A stretch of DNA of 63,883 nt, the filler included, from an uncultured Chlamydiae bacterium (GTDB lineage: Bacteria; Chlamydiota; Chlamydiia; Chlamydiales; SM23-39): NCBI GenBank assembly GCA_937899275.1. It is 6 parts of 6 records of this genome, joined end to end, with 100 filler letters (N's around TTAATTAATTAA, not from the genome) between each part and the next. Parts side by side here need not be neighbours in the genome. Positions count along the whole stretch, not along the records: positions 1 to 28,497 come from CALBPE010000059.1; 5 more parts are not named here. The stretch is one strand, 5' to 3'. Below the pieces are notes generated by a model. The model was not told the DNA's origin, did not search any database, and saw only the letters and a program-made list of their open reading frames with translations. The translations under genes and the position numbers were made by a program. The first letter of the stretch is position 1. Each line of letters starts with the position of its first letter. Shown here in pieces: positions 9,001 through 18,380 of this stretch.

Positions 9001-11533
9001 TATCGAGGATTTTTTGAAGAGCTGCTAGATATCCTTTTGTTGTCAGGTTGCCTTGGTTTATTGCATCTAAAATGCTTAAGAAAAGATCGAAAAGAAAGGC
9101 TTTGTAATCGGCAAGCAGCTGTACATCTTGGGCGCTGTTATTTTTAAGGGAAATTTCTGGAAGACTAGGTAAATCGCCGAGCTCTTTGACAGCTGCTTGA
9201 AAGCTTGTTTCATCAATTTGTGTTTTTTCATTTTGAGCCAGCGTTTGCAGCCGCGCCGTCCAAGTGGAAGAGATCGTTTGAAGTGCGTCTACAGAGCCAT
9301 CAAAAAATGCATTTAGTATCCTCAAATCAAAAGACACTTTTTTGTCTAAAGGAAGGTGTTCATTGATGCTGTTTGTCGCTTTTCTCATCTTGACTATAGC
9401 GCAGATCATGCGCCTTTCTCCTTTATGGAGCTCTTTTTTAGGCCATAACTGTTCTTGTGGCGCGTTTTTTTGAGGGGGCGTTGCAGCAAAATTTTTCCAA
9501 ATTTGGAGAGGCTTACTCAGATTAGGGCTTGGCGTTTTCATGCCTTTTTGCCATTTGAGGATAGTAGAAAATGGCAATACCAAGGCGTTATTAATATCTT
9601 CTGTCCATATTTTTAGACGAGATCGCTCACCTTCGGGTCTAAAGTCATCCGTGAATTCAGATGAGATTTTAGCGCCTAAATAAAGTAGACTATGAATCGT
9701 AGTGAACGGATTAATGACCTTTTCTACCCACTTGTTATTTTCTATTTTTTCTTGTGTAGTTAATCGCAGCTTTTTTAAAGAATATCCATACGCGTTTTTA
9801 GCAGCGTCTAACCGCTTGACCCATGTGCGGTACGTGTTTATGTCGATAGCTAACGTCATAGATGATGCTATATCGCAACATAACTGGAAAATAGATACAG
9901 GGTTAAGCGCAAAAAGCATACATTCTAGAATGCGCTCTACAGGCATGGGTAAAGACTCTTCGATCTCTTTTTCCAGAGTTTTTACTGTATGCAATAGCTT
10001 TTTTGCGGCTGCATATGCTTTTTTTTCTTTCTGAATACGCTGAGGAAGTAACGATAGATGTTGATTAGACAGTGGAATGCGAAACGCTATCAGAGAGGCT
10101 GCCTTTTTTTTCCACTCTTGAAATAGCCCAGCTTTTTCTGGGTTTTGCCATGCCTTGATTTGCGCGATATAGTCTGTAAATTTTTGATCTAGTCCTTTAG
10201 CTTCCCTATCCAAATTTAATAAAGCATATAATATATGCTTGGAGCTGAGCGTTTTTATAAAAAGACTATCTTTGAGCTCCTTTAGACTGTCTCCAGTTAG
10301 GCTGTATCTAGGAGACATAAATAAATAGTGCAGTCGGCTTTTTCTACTCTCAATGCAACGCTCTTTTTTTACAGGTTGATTTTGTAAAATTGCATTCAAT
10401 TGCTGCTCTGCAGTTTCTTGGCTGGATAAGACGGCTGCCATTTGTAGTAACAGACTACTGATAGAAGGTGTAATAGCTGGATTTTCAGGCTTTTTGCAAA
10501 GCTGTAATGGGCAGAGCTCTTTTTTCTTAGTAAGAGATCCATGAATTACTTGTGTGAATTTCTCAAATTCTTGTAGAAATACAGGATTTCGTATCCTTCC
10601 GAGAAACACGCTACGAAGCTTTAAAAGTAAGAGCGATTTTTCTTGCCACGTATTTGGATCGATGCGTGCGTAGTTTAAAAGCATATAGATGGTCTTTAGG
10701 CTATTTCGCCCCATGGATAAGACCGCTTTAAACGCATTTTTTCGATCTTCATCATCTAGTTTGCAATCGGTAAGTAGCTGCAAGGTGGCTGTAAGAAGGC
10801 GGTTTTCGTACTGAATATAGGAGTATAAAGGTGCAAAGCTTCTACTTACTCCAATTGTATATTTTGGGCTATGAAAATAAGGCGCTCTTTGTAAAGCACC
10901 GATTCCCTTTTGTAAAGATAGTTCACCTGCTTTCGTTGTTTGCTGACGGGTGAGCTTAAGTAGCGCTTCTTGCCATATCTTGTTGATCTTTTTTTCTGCC
11001 TCCTTACCTGATTTTCCTTCAAATACGCGCGCGATAAGGTAGGTGGTAAAATTTACCGGTTTACCTAGCTTTTCCATCTTCTTTTCCGCGTCAGCAAGTT
11101 GTTGCATAGCCAAGATCACCACTTTTTCTCCTTCATAAAGGGGACAGTGAAGGGTAGAGGACTGAGGGTGAGAAGCATTTTCTAGATGGGAAAGCGCCTG
11201 ATTGTACGTTATAGCAGCGGCCATGAATTGCGTTGTCCATTTCATATCGGTGCGCCAGGTTTGCGGAATCTTTTTCATGGCGGTTTCCCACAGCTGTGTA
11301 ATAGATTTGATAGCTTTCTCCGTTTTTTGCGGACTAGGCTCCCCGTTCTTTGCGCTTAGAACAGCTGTTACTAGGTCTTTTTGAATTGTTTTAGCAGCAG
11401 GAGTATTTTCTGGTACGATCGTTTTAAAGGCGTCTATAAGGTTTTGTAGAGGAATCTTTGCCTTTTGAGAACGCTCTTTATAATCGAGGTCAGTGGGTGA
11501 GGCGCTATGGCGGTTAGATGTAGGATAGACCAT
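6041..11533 (-). CDS. 1830-aa hypothetical protein with three internal copies of the array module
   Basis: Long ORF with recurring motifs LYEGEKVVILAM / LHKGERRMICAI / LSVDEDKMVQIV at ~550-570 aa spacing; similar to the three upstream ORFs. Confidence 0.9.
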   Translation of the reverse strand: MVYPTSNRHSASPTDLDYKERSQKAKIPLQNLIDAFKTIVPENTPAAKTIQKDLVTAVLSAKNGEPSPQKTEKAIKSITQLWETAMKKIPQTWRTDMKWTTQFMAAAITYNQALSHLENASHPQSSTLHCPLYEGEKVVILAMQQLADAEKKMEKLGKPVNFTTYLIARVFEGKSGKEAEKKINKIWQEALLKLTRQQTTKAGELSLQKGIGALQRAPYFHSPKYTIGVSRSFAPLYSYIQYENRLLTATLQLLTDCKLDDEDRKNAFKAVLSMGRNSLKTIYMLLNYARIDPNTWQEKSLLLLKLRSVFLGRIRNPVFLQEFEKFTQVIHGSLTKKKELCPLQLCKKPENPAITPSISSLLLQMAAVLSSQETAEQQLNAILQNQPVKKERCIESRKSRLHYLFMSPRYSLTGDSLKELKDSLFIKTLSSKHILYALLNLDREAKGLDQKFTDYIAQIKAWQNPEKAGLFQEWKKKAASLIAFRIPLSNQHLSLLPQRIQKEKKAYAAAKKLLHTVKTLEKEIEESLPMPVERILECMLFALNPVSIFQLCCDIASSMTLAIDINTYRTWVKRLDAAKNAYGYSLKKLRLTTQEKIENNKWVEKVINPFTTIHSLLYLGAKISSEFTDDFRPEGERSRLKIWTEDINNALVLPFSTILKWQKGMKTPSPNLSKPLQIWKNFAATPPQKNAPQEQLWPKKELHKGERRMICAIVKMRKATNSINEHLPLDKKVSFDLRILNAFFDGSVDALQTISSTWTARLQTLAQNEKTQIDETSFQAAVKELGDLPSLPEISLKNNSAQDVQLLADYKAFLFDLFLSILDAINQGNLTTKGYLAALQKILDIRLSFFSSLQYAQDCLNCSAFSKTVMQNEKTRALIQVRIFLGVYLRSSKLLQVLENHTKNLYEGVSLKFHSQNPHFVSLGEKMFIELMALEGMPGHDKSTLKLESLFTRIAQDPMFDEKTSTPESHSENLRQPLKSLPLCTSEKMCKNYITYLACAFLLEPKQIPLGLVEQQIQLQAKQFLPSQCSLHKGLEDKIGSMPTWIQQKAKKFLTAHQEIYQKIESALQMPLYSALYFIANTPLPGSIQQLAFHTSNTGDTYKEVEQAAEAIKSVFLKALEQKKVPKDTTLASSNPKAPVETLKNWIEDVEKPLRFFRKLLFLCSLALRPDLMASTLPPKDSLPNLLLKPEEKQPGDFHSFASSDQKRHILSWLDGMQKIHQLRNEQLSTLGICLRETKFYISPTKNLSLSVDEDKMVQIVKRIRKALKELEKICAQKPGIPVLATVCQMYFTKDPNIKENYADFLKKVCTEYETAFQAKRIENKPSSQFALAKKSYLDAIKEVSLLSSYYEPKQIEVPLPANIHYKEYLKWLFHTYLSIVKIYKENRGKELFMQTLPDLQEVLFLHAKEVRRIFIDTVLEFAVVQQKKVQLLQEFLFRTLSHVKNETLFAEKLTQYVLQEIKRIKECQTKKHPTMEVSFPELSLYYLLHIDYFLMKQKKSVYKDLITKTSAEAFSPRKSQADSELVHHFFKNIYTPFTAGLENYPEGACFNQALFRDVFRKNLSLTNFLPDGALKEIALRDQKIQSKIDFTLLYQAAKNTTRFLLKERATQRDKDDQEIDAMIDVLWTGASTPDEEALEAHFARQISYFKGCSRDISFIRFCLKNYLWHQEEPTASTPFAVPVEEQQKLFDDWIKEKIMQSEQRIDNPEISPTQKLLASFHRQQKVELRYFLAEISRVVLSRFLDPDSPFIDIGACVKWLKAWPQTWSDALNPLQEKYVLLVYPKKHDEKESPKPKIPDRQEVDQGIKKALEKKDPVTKYLLTGSIPEK

Positions 11534-11663
11534 GCATTTGCTCTTGAATCTCTATTGCCTAAAAATAAGGGATTTCTTCTGGAAGGCTTGCTTTAGTTAG
11601 AATAGCTCCATGCGCTTTTATCACATGCTTTCCTTTAGAAAAGCTTCAGTTGTAGTCGATAAT

Positions 11664-11680
11664 TTGCATTTGCATCAATA
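11664..11680 (-). promoter_or_regulatory. Shared upstream motif TATTGATGCAAATGCAA, copy 1
   Basis: 17 bp identical to 13988-14004; upstream of the 1830-aa gene; TTGATG-N18-TACAAC arrangement. Confidence 0.55.
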
Positions 11681-11762
11681 ATTTTTTTTTATATTGCAGG
11701 TTTTTTTATTATAAAAAATAATTTTAATGCAAATCCTGTTAAGAAGGGATGTTTATACCGCG

Positions 11763-13943
11763 CTATTTTTGTAACATCTGTACGTACTTTTGTATTGATC
11801 TGTCTTCGTATGCATTCCAAGATTTGATCAGTTTCGTAAGCCTAGAAAGCTGATTATTAGGTGCGTTTTTTATATCCCATATCCTCTCTAGCCAATGTTG
11901 GACGGCTTGATATTTTTCCTGCGCTGTTAGATGGGTTTTTCCCTCAGGGGCAGATCTTGTGGTAGATTGCGTTTTTCTATGGTGTTTTTTTCCTCGGCGA
12001 TTCCCCTTTTTTGGTCTAGCTTTACTAGGGTTAATTAAAGAAGAAATAGGTAACATGATCGATCCTAAGTGCAAAATGAGATCCAAGGCATAAAGCGGCA
12101 CTTTCACGTTTTTTATCCATGTATCGATTTCTTCTCTTTCTTCTACCGTATTTTGCTGTAACGCCTTCCTGTAGGCCGTTTCAGCTGTTTTCACGTGGGC
12201 TTTGCATTTGACGTACTGCTCTTTAGTAATCGATGTGGCGATATCCCAGTACAGCTGTAACGTACTGATAGGTGTAGGACTATGTGCTGTATAGTCTAAT
12301 ATCTCGTATAAAGAGATTTCTAGTGCATCTTCTATCTCTTGTTTACATCCTTTTACAGCTTGGACAAACTCTTCTTTTTTTGTAGCTACTTTTTCGTCTT
12401 GTTTTATAGGGAAGGGAAGAACACCTACAGAGTATATACGGGCAAATTCAGCTGCTAAAGTTTGCACCTTCTCATGCAAACGCGTTTTTTCCTGCATCTG
12501 CAAGCGGGCATTTTCTTTGAGATAGTTTTGGATATTTCTATCTGAGAATTTATTGCTTTCTAAGCTCTTTTGTAAGCCCTGCATAGCGCGAATTACATGC
12601 AAAAACGCAATAAACGTTTGTGCGTTTTTTTTCTCCTTTCGGATTTTTACAAGGATATTTGTCGGTGATAGCAAAAGATTTTCTACCATTTTTCTTTCAC
12701 TCACAGTCTTCCGGGTTCCTTTAATCACAGCGCCTTCAAAAATCTTACTGCATAATTTTTGATTTGGAGCGCCTCCATCTCCGTTATACATGCCTTTGCT
12801 ATGAAGTATATCGAGTAATAAACATCGAATCAAAAAAGCGCAATCTGGGTTCTGAGACTGTTTTTTTGTAAGCATTAGCGCTGTAGACTTGTTATCCGCA
12901 AGGGTGGTATAAATCTCTTTAGTAGCTAGATCAAAAGCTTGTAAAAATGGCTGGTTTTTCACAGCTACGCCTAAAATTATCCGCATTTCTAAAATGAGCT
13001 GCATTTTTTCTTTTTGCATTGTATTTGGCAACTGTTCATCAGATTTTTTATGCGATAAGTAAAAATAGATGTACTTTAAGAAGTTTTTTTCCAGTTTTAC
13101 AGTAGCTGTAAATATATCCTGTCGATCTTCCAGCGTCGGCTTGTTTTCTAGAAGAAGCTGGAATGCAAGTGTAAGAAGATCCATGTGGTAATTGATGTAA
13201 GAATATAGCCCATCGAGATGATGGTTTTTCCCTGAGGAATAGACAGATCGTTCCAAAGGTTCAATATTTTTTAACGCTTCGATCCCCCATTGTAAAGATT
13301 CACCGTCTATCTGCGCCTTTTGTTGAGAAGTGAGGTTTAGAGCTGCTGTTTTCCATGTTGTTTCAATACAAGACTTTGCTGTTTCATAGCTTTCGAGACC
13401 AAATAATCTACATAATAACCTACTGGAAAACTCTAGCTCATAACCGTATTGTTTTAAGAATGGATTGATGCTATCTGCCGCTTTTTGTAGTTTTCTTGCG
13501 GAAAAAATCATCCAATTTTCTCCAGTATACAAGGAATGCAGGTGTTGAGGGGGATAAATCGGAAAGCTTGCTGATTTTTTTAGATCGCGAAGCGCTTTTT
13601 GGTAGCTTTGTAAAATAGATGTCCACTGCTTTGTATATGACGGATCAGATCTCTTTTCAGCGGGAATAGATTCCATACGCTTTTTCCAAAGGTCTTGGAT
13701 CGTTTGTATGATCCCATCAGGAGATGCGTTTTTTACTTCGGCGATAGCTTGTTGTATCGAAGCTTGTTTACTGCTGCCTAAAGCGTCAAGCGCGTCAAAC
13801 GCAGCAATCACGCTTTGGATGCTAGGTTGTATTCTGGAGTCAATCAAGGCCTTTTTAGAGGATTTTTCTTCTGCCGGCGCTATGACAGTATTTCCTGGTG
13901 TTGCAGCAACAACACCGCTTTGTAGTTTTGTAATGGTTCCCAT
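11763..13943 (-). CDS. 726-aa hypothetical protein, single-module array paralogue
   Basis: LYTGENWMIFSARKLQKAADSINPFL, EIEDALEISLYEIL, LHLGS motifs shared with neighbours; basic patch RPKKGNRRGKKHHRK. Confidence 0.9.
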   Translation of the reverse strand: MGTITKLQSGVVAATPGNTVIAPAEEKSSKKALIDSRIQPSIQSVIAAFDALDALGSSKQASIQQAIAEVKNASPDGIIQTIQDLWKKRMESIPAEKRSDPSYTKQWTSILQSYQKALRDLKKSASFPIYPPQHLHSLYTGENWMIFSARKLQKAADSINPFLKQYGYELEFSSRLLCRLFGLESYETAKSCIETTWKTAALNLTSQQKAQIDGESLQWGIEALKNIEPLERSVYSSGKNHHLDGLYSYINYHMDLLTLAFQLLLENKPTLEDRQDIFTATVKLEKNFLKYIYFYLSHKKSDEQLPNTMQKEKMQLILEMRIILGVAVKNQPFLQAFDLATKEIYTTLADNKSTALMLTKKQSQNPDCAFLIRCLLLDILHSKGMYNGDGGAPNQKLCSKIFEGAVIKGTRKTVSERKMVENLLLSPTNILVKIRKEKKNAQTFIAFLHVIRAMQGLQKSLESNKFSDRNIQNYLKENARLQMQEKTRLHEKVQTLAAEFARIYSVGVLPFPIKQDEKVATKKEEFVQAVKGCKQEIEDALEISLYEILDYTAHSPTPISTLQLYWDIATSITKEQYVKCKAHVKTAETAYRKALQQNTVEEREEIDTWIKNVKVPLYALDLILHLGSIMLPISSLINPSKARPKKGNRRGKKHHRKTQSTTRSAPEGKTHLTAQEKYQAVQHWLERIWDIKNAPNNQLSRLTKLIKSWNAYEDRSIQKYVQMLQK

Positions 13944-13987
13944 GGTATTCTCGTGAAAATTAAAATCTATTTTTTTTAATTTATGTA

Positions 13988-14004
13988 TTGCATTTGCATC
14001 AATA
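13988..14004 (-). promoter_or_regulatory. Shared upstream motif TATTGATGCAAATGCAA, copy 2
   Basis: Identical to 11664-11680; 44 bp upstream of ATG 13943; TTGATG-N17-TTAAAA. Confidence 0.55.
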
Positions 14005-14036
14005 CAATTTTCGACTTGCAGTACTTCAAAAGAGAT

Positions 14037-16181
14037 CTAGTTTTCTATGCGGCTTTTTTGATCTTCTTTTTTTTGTGAAAACTTTTTTTCGTATGCGATC
14101 ATCTTTTTTACAGCCTTGCCAACCGGAGAAAGACGCGCTGGATTAGCCCGTAATTGATTCATAGAAGTAAGCCAGTTAAGTGCGCTAGCAGCTTCTTCAG
14201 AAGGGCTCATGTCCGTCTTAACTGGAGGCTGCAAAAGATGCTGACGTTTACCCTCTGTTTTTTTTCGGGTTTGTTTTTTACGCCCACTTTTTTTTCTAGT
14301 ACGTATTTTTGCAGGCTGTTGGAAGGTAGAGAGAGGAGCTATCCGAGATAGTAAAAAGAAGATACTATGCAGTAGTACAATAGGTTGTTTTGCCGTGTTT
14401 TCTAGGCTGCAGATGATCTTTTGTTCTTTTTGTTTAGCGGGGTGTTCTTCTAAAAACTGCTTCCATTTGACTTTAGCCTGAAGGGCATCTTGTGTCCATT
14501 TCTCGTACTGGCTTTTTGGAAAGCTACCGACTTCCCAGGCAAGCTGCCTTAAGCCCATAATTAAAGGAGTATCTTTTATGTAGCGGAGGATTTCAAAAAG
14601 ATCCATCTTCAAGATGTCTTCCGCTTCTTTTTTTATCTTCGCAAATACATTTACAAAGCCTCGAAAAGGCGCGTTCATTCTATCTGGAATATGGTCTACA
14701 ATCTCTGTGGAAAAGATCATAGGAAATGCAATAGACTGCTTCTGAGCATAGTTTTGGCAGAAGGTAAGTACTTCCCTGTTTTTTTCGCATGTTTTTGCAG
14801 CTTGAAAATAGCCATCTATCGGCGCTTTATTAGAAGAGATTTGTAGGTCTTGTTGTGCAACAGAAACGATACGCAGAAAAGCGGTAAACGGTGTACAAGG
14901 CCCATCGAGCTCTAGGTAGGCTTGAAGGGCGCGTACAGGGGATAACGCAAGCTGTTCTACTATTCCTTCTTTATTATGCTGCGCATGCGTAGATATTTTG
15001 TTGATAGCGCTTTTGTATATTTCATATTCTTGTAGATAGGTTTCTTGTACATCGCCCTCTCTTTGCATAGTGCGGTTATGCAATATGAAAAGTAGTACAG
15101 CTTGATTAAGCAATACATCTTGCTGGTTTTTAGGCACCACTGTTTTGAATACCTGATTTACATCTGTACCGTTTTGGAGCGCTTGATATGCCTGCTTTGT
15201 CATTTCTTCAAAAGGGAATAAAAAATTAGGATCTGATATACAGGAGAAAAAGATGAAACGGATCTCAAATATAGCGCGGATTTTTTCTTGTTTAAATCCG
15301 CTCTGCACCGACTGCTGAGAAGTATCTTCTATATATGCCTCTATCATAGCTGCCAGTCTATTTGTTGCAGTTTTAACGCCGATGAAGACAGCCCAGTCTG
15401 CAATTTTTGCTGTTTTAAGCTGCTCGAAGGTTGCTGTCATCATGGTCATGTAAAATTTGATGAAGTCATCTACAGATGGTAGTTTTCTAATGTTTTCAGT
15501 TGGATAGTCTAGTTCTTTTAATGGAGTGATAGTCTGCAAAGCCTGGAGCCCCTCTTTAAAGGCTTGACTGCATGTGCTGTCTATAGGATTTCCCGCGGGA
15601 AGATCTTGACAAGACTTGTCCCAATCTTTTTGCATATTGTCGATCACATTTGGAAATGTTGTAGAAGCAAAGACTCTGCAGAGTACAGTACGGGTAAAAT
15701 CCAAGTGATACCCTTGAAGAAATGGATTAATCAATCCTGTCGCTTCTCTTAGTTTCCTTGCAGCGTAAATCGCTTTTCTTTCCTCTGCATACAGAAGAGC
15801 TTTAGGATACGATATGTGCGTTTTTAAGGTAGTTACGGCATTCTGATAGGTATTGAGCGCAGAGAGAAACTGCTTTTGATAGTTGGGGTTTTCTTTTTGT
15901 TTTTTAGGAATAAGCGCTAGCTGACCCTTCCACAATGCGTCTATTTTAGCGATTTCTTTTCGGAATACTTCTGGTTCAGATGCGTTTTTAGCTGCTGTCA
16001 CTCTTTCTTTAAGGCTTTTTTCTATATTTGGAGAAAGGTTATGGCCGCGTAACTTTTGAAAAGCATCTACTAACATAGGATGAGGGTTTTCTGTGCGTTT
16101 TTTTTCAAAGGAATCCTTTTTTTCGGAGGAAAAATAGGGGGTTGTAGTATCTGAGGAAAGCGGATGCGGGGATGTAATCAT
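14037..16181 (-). CDS. ~714-aa hypothetical protein, single-module array paralogue
   Basis: Start placed at ATG 16181 (MITSPHPLSS), which removes the overlap with the upstream gene and resembles its MTISSPQP start; LYAEERKAIYAARKLREATGLINPFL; basic patch KIRTRKKSGRKKQTRKK. Confidence 0.88.
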   Translation of the reverse strand: MITSPHPLSSDTTTPYFSSEKKDSFEKKRTENPHPMLVDAFQKLRGHNLSPNIEKSLKERVTAAKNASEPEVFRKEIAKIDALWKGQLALIPKKQKENPNYQKQFLSALNTYQNAVTTLKTHISYPKALLYAEERKAIYAARKLREATGLINPFLQGYHLDFTRTVLCRVFASTTFPNVIDNMQKDWDKSCQDLPAGNPIDSTCSQAFKEGLQALQTITPLKELDYPTENIRKLPSVDDFIKFYMTMMTATFEQLKTAKIADWAVFIGVKTATNRLAAMIEAYIEDTSQQSVQSGFKQEKIRAIFEIRFIFFSCISDPNFLFPFEEMTKQAYQALQNGTDVNQVFKTVVPKNQQDVLLNQAVLLFILHNRTMQREGDVQETYLQEYEIYKSAINKISTHAQHNKEGIVEQLALSPVRALQAYLELDGPCTPFTAFLRIVSVAQQDLQISSNKAPIDGYFQAAKTCEKNREVLTFCQNYAQKQSIAFPMIFSTEIVDHIPDRMNAPFRGFVNVFAKIKKEAEDILKMDLFEILRYIKDTPLIMGLRQLAWEVGSFPKSQYEKWTQDALQAKVKWKQFLEEHPAKQKEQKIICSLENTAKQPIVLLHSIFFLLSRIAPLSTFQQPAKIRTRKKSGRKKQTRKKTEGKRQHLLQPPVKTDMSPSEEAASALNWLTSMNQLRANPARLSPVGKAVKKMIAYEKKFSQKKEDQKSRIEN

Positions 16182-16248
16182 AGTAATGCCTTGAGGGGTA
16201 AATTGATTTTTTCTTATGTATGATGTAATAGCTTCAGCGCGCCTGCCC

Positions 16249-18327
16249 TTATAGCCTAGCGTACTTACCCAAACTAGAAAGCTGTTTTTCTGGAAGATGG
16301 GGTAATGTAGACATCTCCTGAAGCCAAGAGTTGATGTCTTCAATCTCTTTTTGAGCTATTTTTTTTAGGGCTTCTTCATCGTTGGATTTTGTTGTATAAG
16401 AAAGAGGCTGTTTTTTTGTCTTTTTGCCCTTAGTAAAAACAGAAAAAGGAGCAATTTTAGAGCCTAAAAAAAGTAAACTGTGTAGTCCATATAGGATATC
16501 TTTTGATGCGCTTAACCAGCTTTGTAGAAGAGGTTTTTCCTCTGAGGTCATGCCTAGCTGGTTTAGATAGGCTCTAACGGCTTTTTCAGGTTTGACTAGC
16601 CGGTTTTTCCAATCCATATGCTGTTTTGGGGAAATAGAGCTGCCTACATGCGCGTAAATCTTTAGAATATGTACATGCTCTCTTGTATCTTTTAAATAAT
16701 ACATAGACGCGGCTAAGCTCATCTGTACAGTTTTTTCTATTTCTTCTTGGACAGCCCTAATAGAATCCAAAAACTGGTTTATTTCTTCATCTCCTTTACT
16801 TTGGATCAGCTTCTGTACTTTTTTCAGTAATCCTTGTAATACGTTGTTTTCAGCGTCTTTTGTTATTTCATTTTCTAAATACGCTATTAATGTCTTTCTA
16901 GGATGCTGGGGATGAAAGTCTAGTACTACTGCTATCTGTCTCTGAAAAGTTTGTATCAAGTGTATTTTGTCTTTTTGTTCCCAAGAGCTTCTGACTGTTG
17001 AATAGATCCCAGCTACAAGGGCGCGAGCCTTGTCGCTGGGATCTATTTGCGATTGCACAATGTGTGTGAAATTGGCAAAAAGTTTGGGAAGGTCCTTTGC
17101 CTCTGGACGAAGCATTGGTAGAGGAGATCGAGCTAATGTTTCTAAGATACTACTTATATATTGCTGGCGCGTCTTTTTTGGCAAAGGAACGCGTTTCATA
17201 AGGAAACCTAGTGCTACGCAACTAGATTCAGAAAAGAAAGAGTTGAAAGCTAGATTTTTTAAAATATCTAGCGCCAAGACTTTTGCAGATTGCATAAATT
17301 CGGCGTTTTTACTGCTTGATGTGAACAGATTGTGTGCGGGCTGCTTTTTTTCAAGCATGTCGTATACACTCTTTGTTTTTACGTAAAAATCGCGCAAAAT
17401 CCCTGTGTTTTTTATTTTGCTTCCCACCATGATCCTAAGATCTAAAATTGTCTGCATTTGCTCGTTTCTAAACATGCGGATTGTTTCTTTACCAGAATAA
17501 GAATGACTCAGATGAAAACATAAGTAGCGCAAAAAACGGTTTAGAGTTTCTTGAAGTACTTGAAATGCAGGACTGCATTCCTCAGTTTTTAGAGAATGCT
17601 TGCTAAATATATGGATAGTAGTCATTAGAAGTTGCATGACAAATGCAATATGCGCATACGCAGGCTGTACATTTTTTTCTCCCTCATAACGGTATTTAGA
17701 GAGTTTTCTAGGCTGAATTTTTTTTAGTTCTGTTATGCCTCTAGTAAAAACCTTGGGGTTTATGACTGATTTTTGCTGGGGGGATAGCTCTGATATCGCT
17801 TGACTCCAAGTTGTTTGGATCGACTGTTTTGCTTGATCTATTGTCATATCTCCAAATGCAAGGCGTACCACCTTGTCACTGAAGTCTAGGCTATGGTCTT
17901 TAAGAAATGGATTGAGTTTACGGGTAGCTAATTCGAAACACTTTGCTGCTAAAATAGCGCGTTTTTCGGCATCATGTAGCGGCTCAAAACGCAGGTAAAC
18001 AGGAAATGTACTTAGGCGGTGTAAGGCTTTTTGATAGTCTACAGCAGCTTGAGGCGTATGTTGATCATCTTTTTCAAGAGTAGATTGCGTATGCTGTTTC
18101 CAAAATGCGCGTATTTTAGCGATTTCTTTTTTGAATACCTTTGGATCAGATGCGTTTTCAGCTGCCTCGACAATAGGAGCGATTTTTTGTTTTATCTTTG
18201 CCAAATCAACGCTTGGATTTGCAAGAGAAAAGGCGCCTGCTAAAGCCTTCATTCGGGGGTTTTCCAGAGGGGGTAAATCTTTTGATTTTATGTCAAAACA
18301 AGCAGGTTGTGGTGAAGATATGGTCAT
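16249..18327 (-). CDS. 692-aa hypothetical protein, single-module array paralogue
   Basis: AAENASDPKVFKKEIAKI matches AAKNASEPEVFRKEIAKI in the next gene; LHDAEKRAILAAKCFELATRKLNPFL; LHSLLFLGSKIAP. Confidence 0.9.
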   Translation of the reverse strand: MTISSPQPACFDIKSKDLPPLENPRMKALAGAFSLANPSVDLAKIKQKIAPIVEAAENASDPKVFKKEIAKIRAFWKQHTQSTLEKDDQHTPQAAVDYQKALHRLSTFPVYLRFEPLHDAEKRAILAAKCFELATRKLNPFLKDHSLDFSDKVVRLAFGDMTIDQAKQSIQTTWSQAISELSPQQKSVINPKVFTRGITELKKIQPRKLSKYRYEGEKNVQPAYAHIAFVMQLLMTTIHIFSKHSLKTEECSPAFQVLQETLNRFLRYLCFHLSHSYSGKETIRMFRNEQMQTILDLRIMVGSKIKNTGILRDFYVKTKSVYDMLEKKQPAHNLFTSSSKNAEFMQSAKVLALDILKNLAFNSFFSESSCVALGFLMKRVPLPKKTRQQYISSILETLARSPLPMLRPEAKDLPKLFANFTHIVQSQIDPSDKARALVAGIYSTVRSSWEQKDKIHLIQTFQRQIAVVLDFHPQHPRKTLIAYLENEITKDAENNVLQGLLKKVQKLIQSKGDEEINQFLDSIRAVQEEIEKTVQMSLAASMYYLKDTREHVHILKIYAHVGSSISPKQHMDWKNRLVKPEKAVRAYLNQLGMTSEEKPLLQSWLSASKDILYGLHSLLFLGSKIAPFSVFTKGKKTKKQPLSYTTKSNDEEALKKIAQKEIEDINSWLQEMSTLPHLPEKQLSSLGKYARL

Positions 18328-18380
18328 AATACTTTCTTGAAATTAGAGGTTAAACTTGTCTTTTTTAATGGATATCTTGG

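Noticed and set aside
16182..16343. N-terminal extension of the 768-aa ORF, or a programmed frameshift fusing two array genes
   Set aside because: The extension overlaps the upstream gene and ATG 16181 gives a paralogue-like start. No slippery site was seen, though a decayed fusion cannot be fully excluded.
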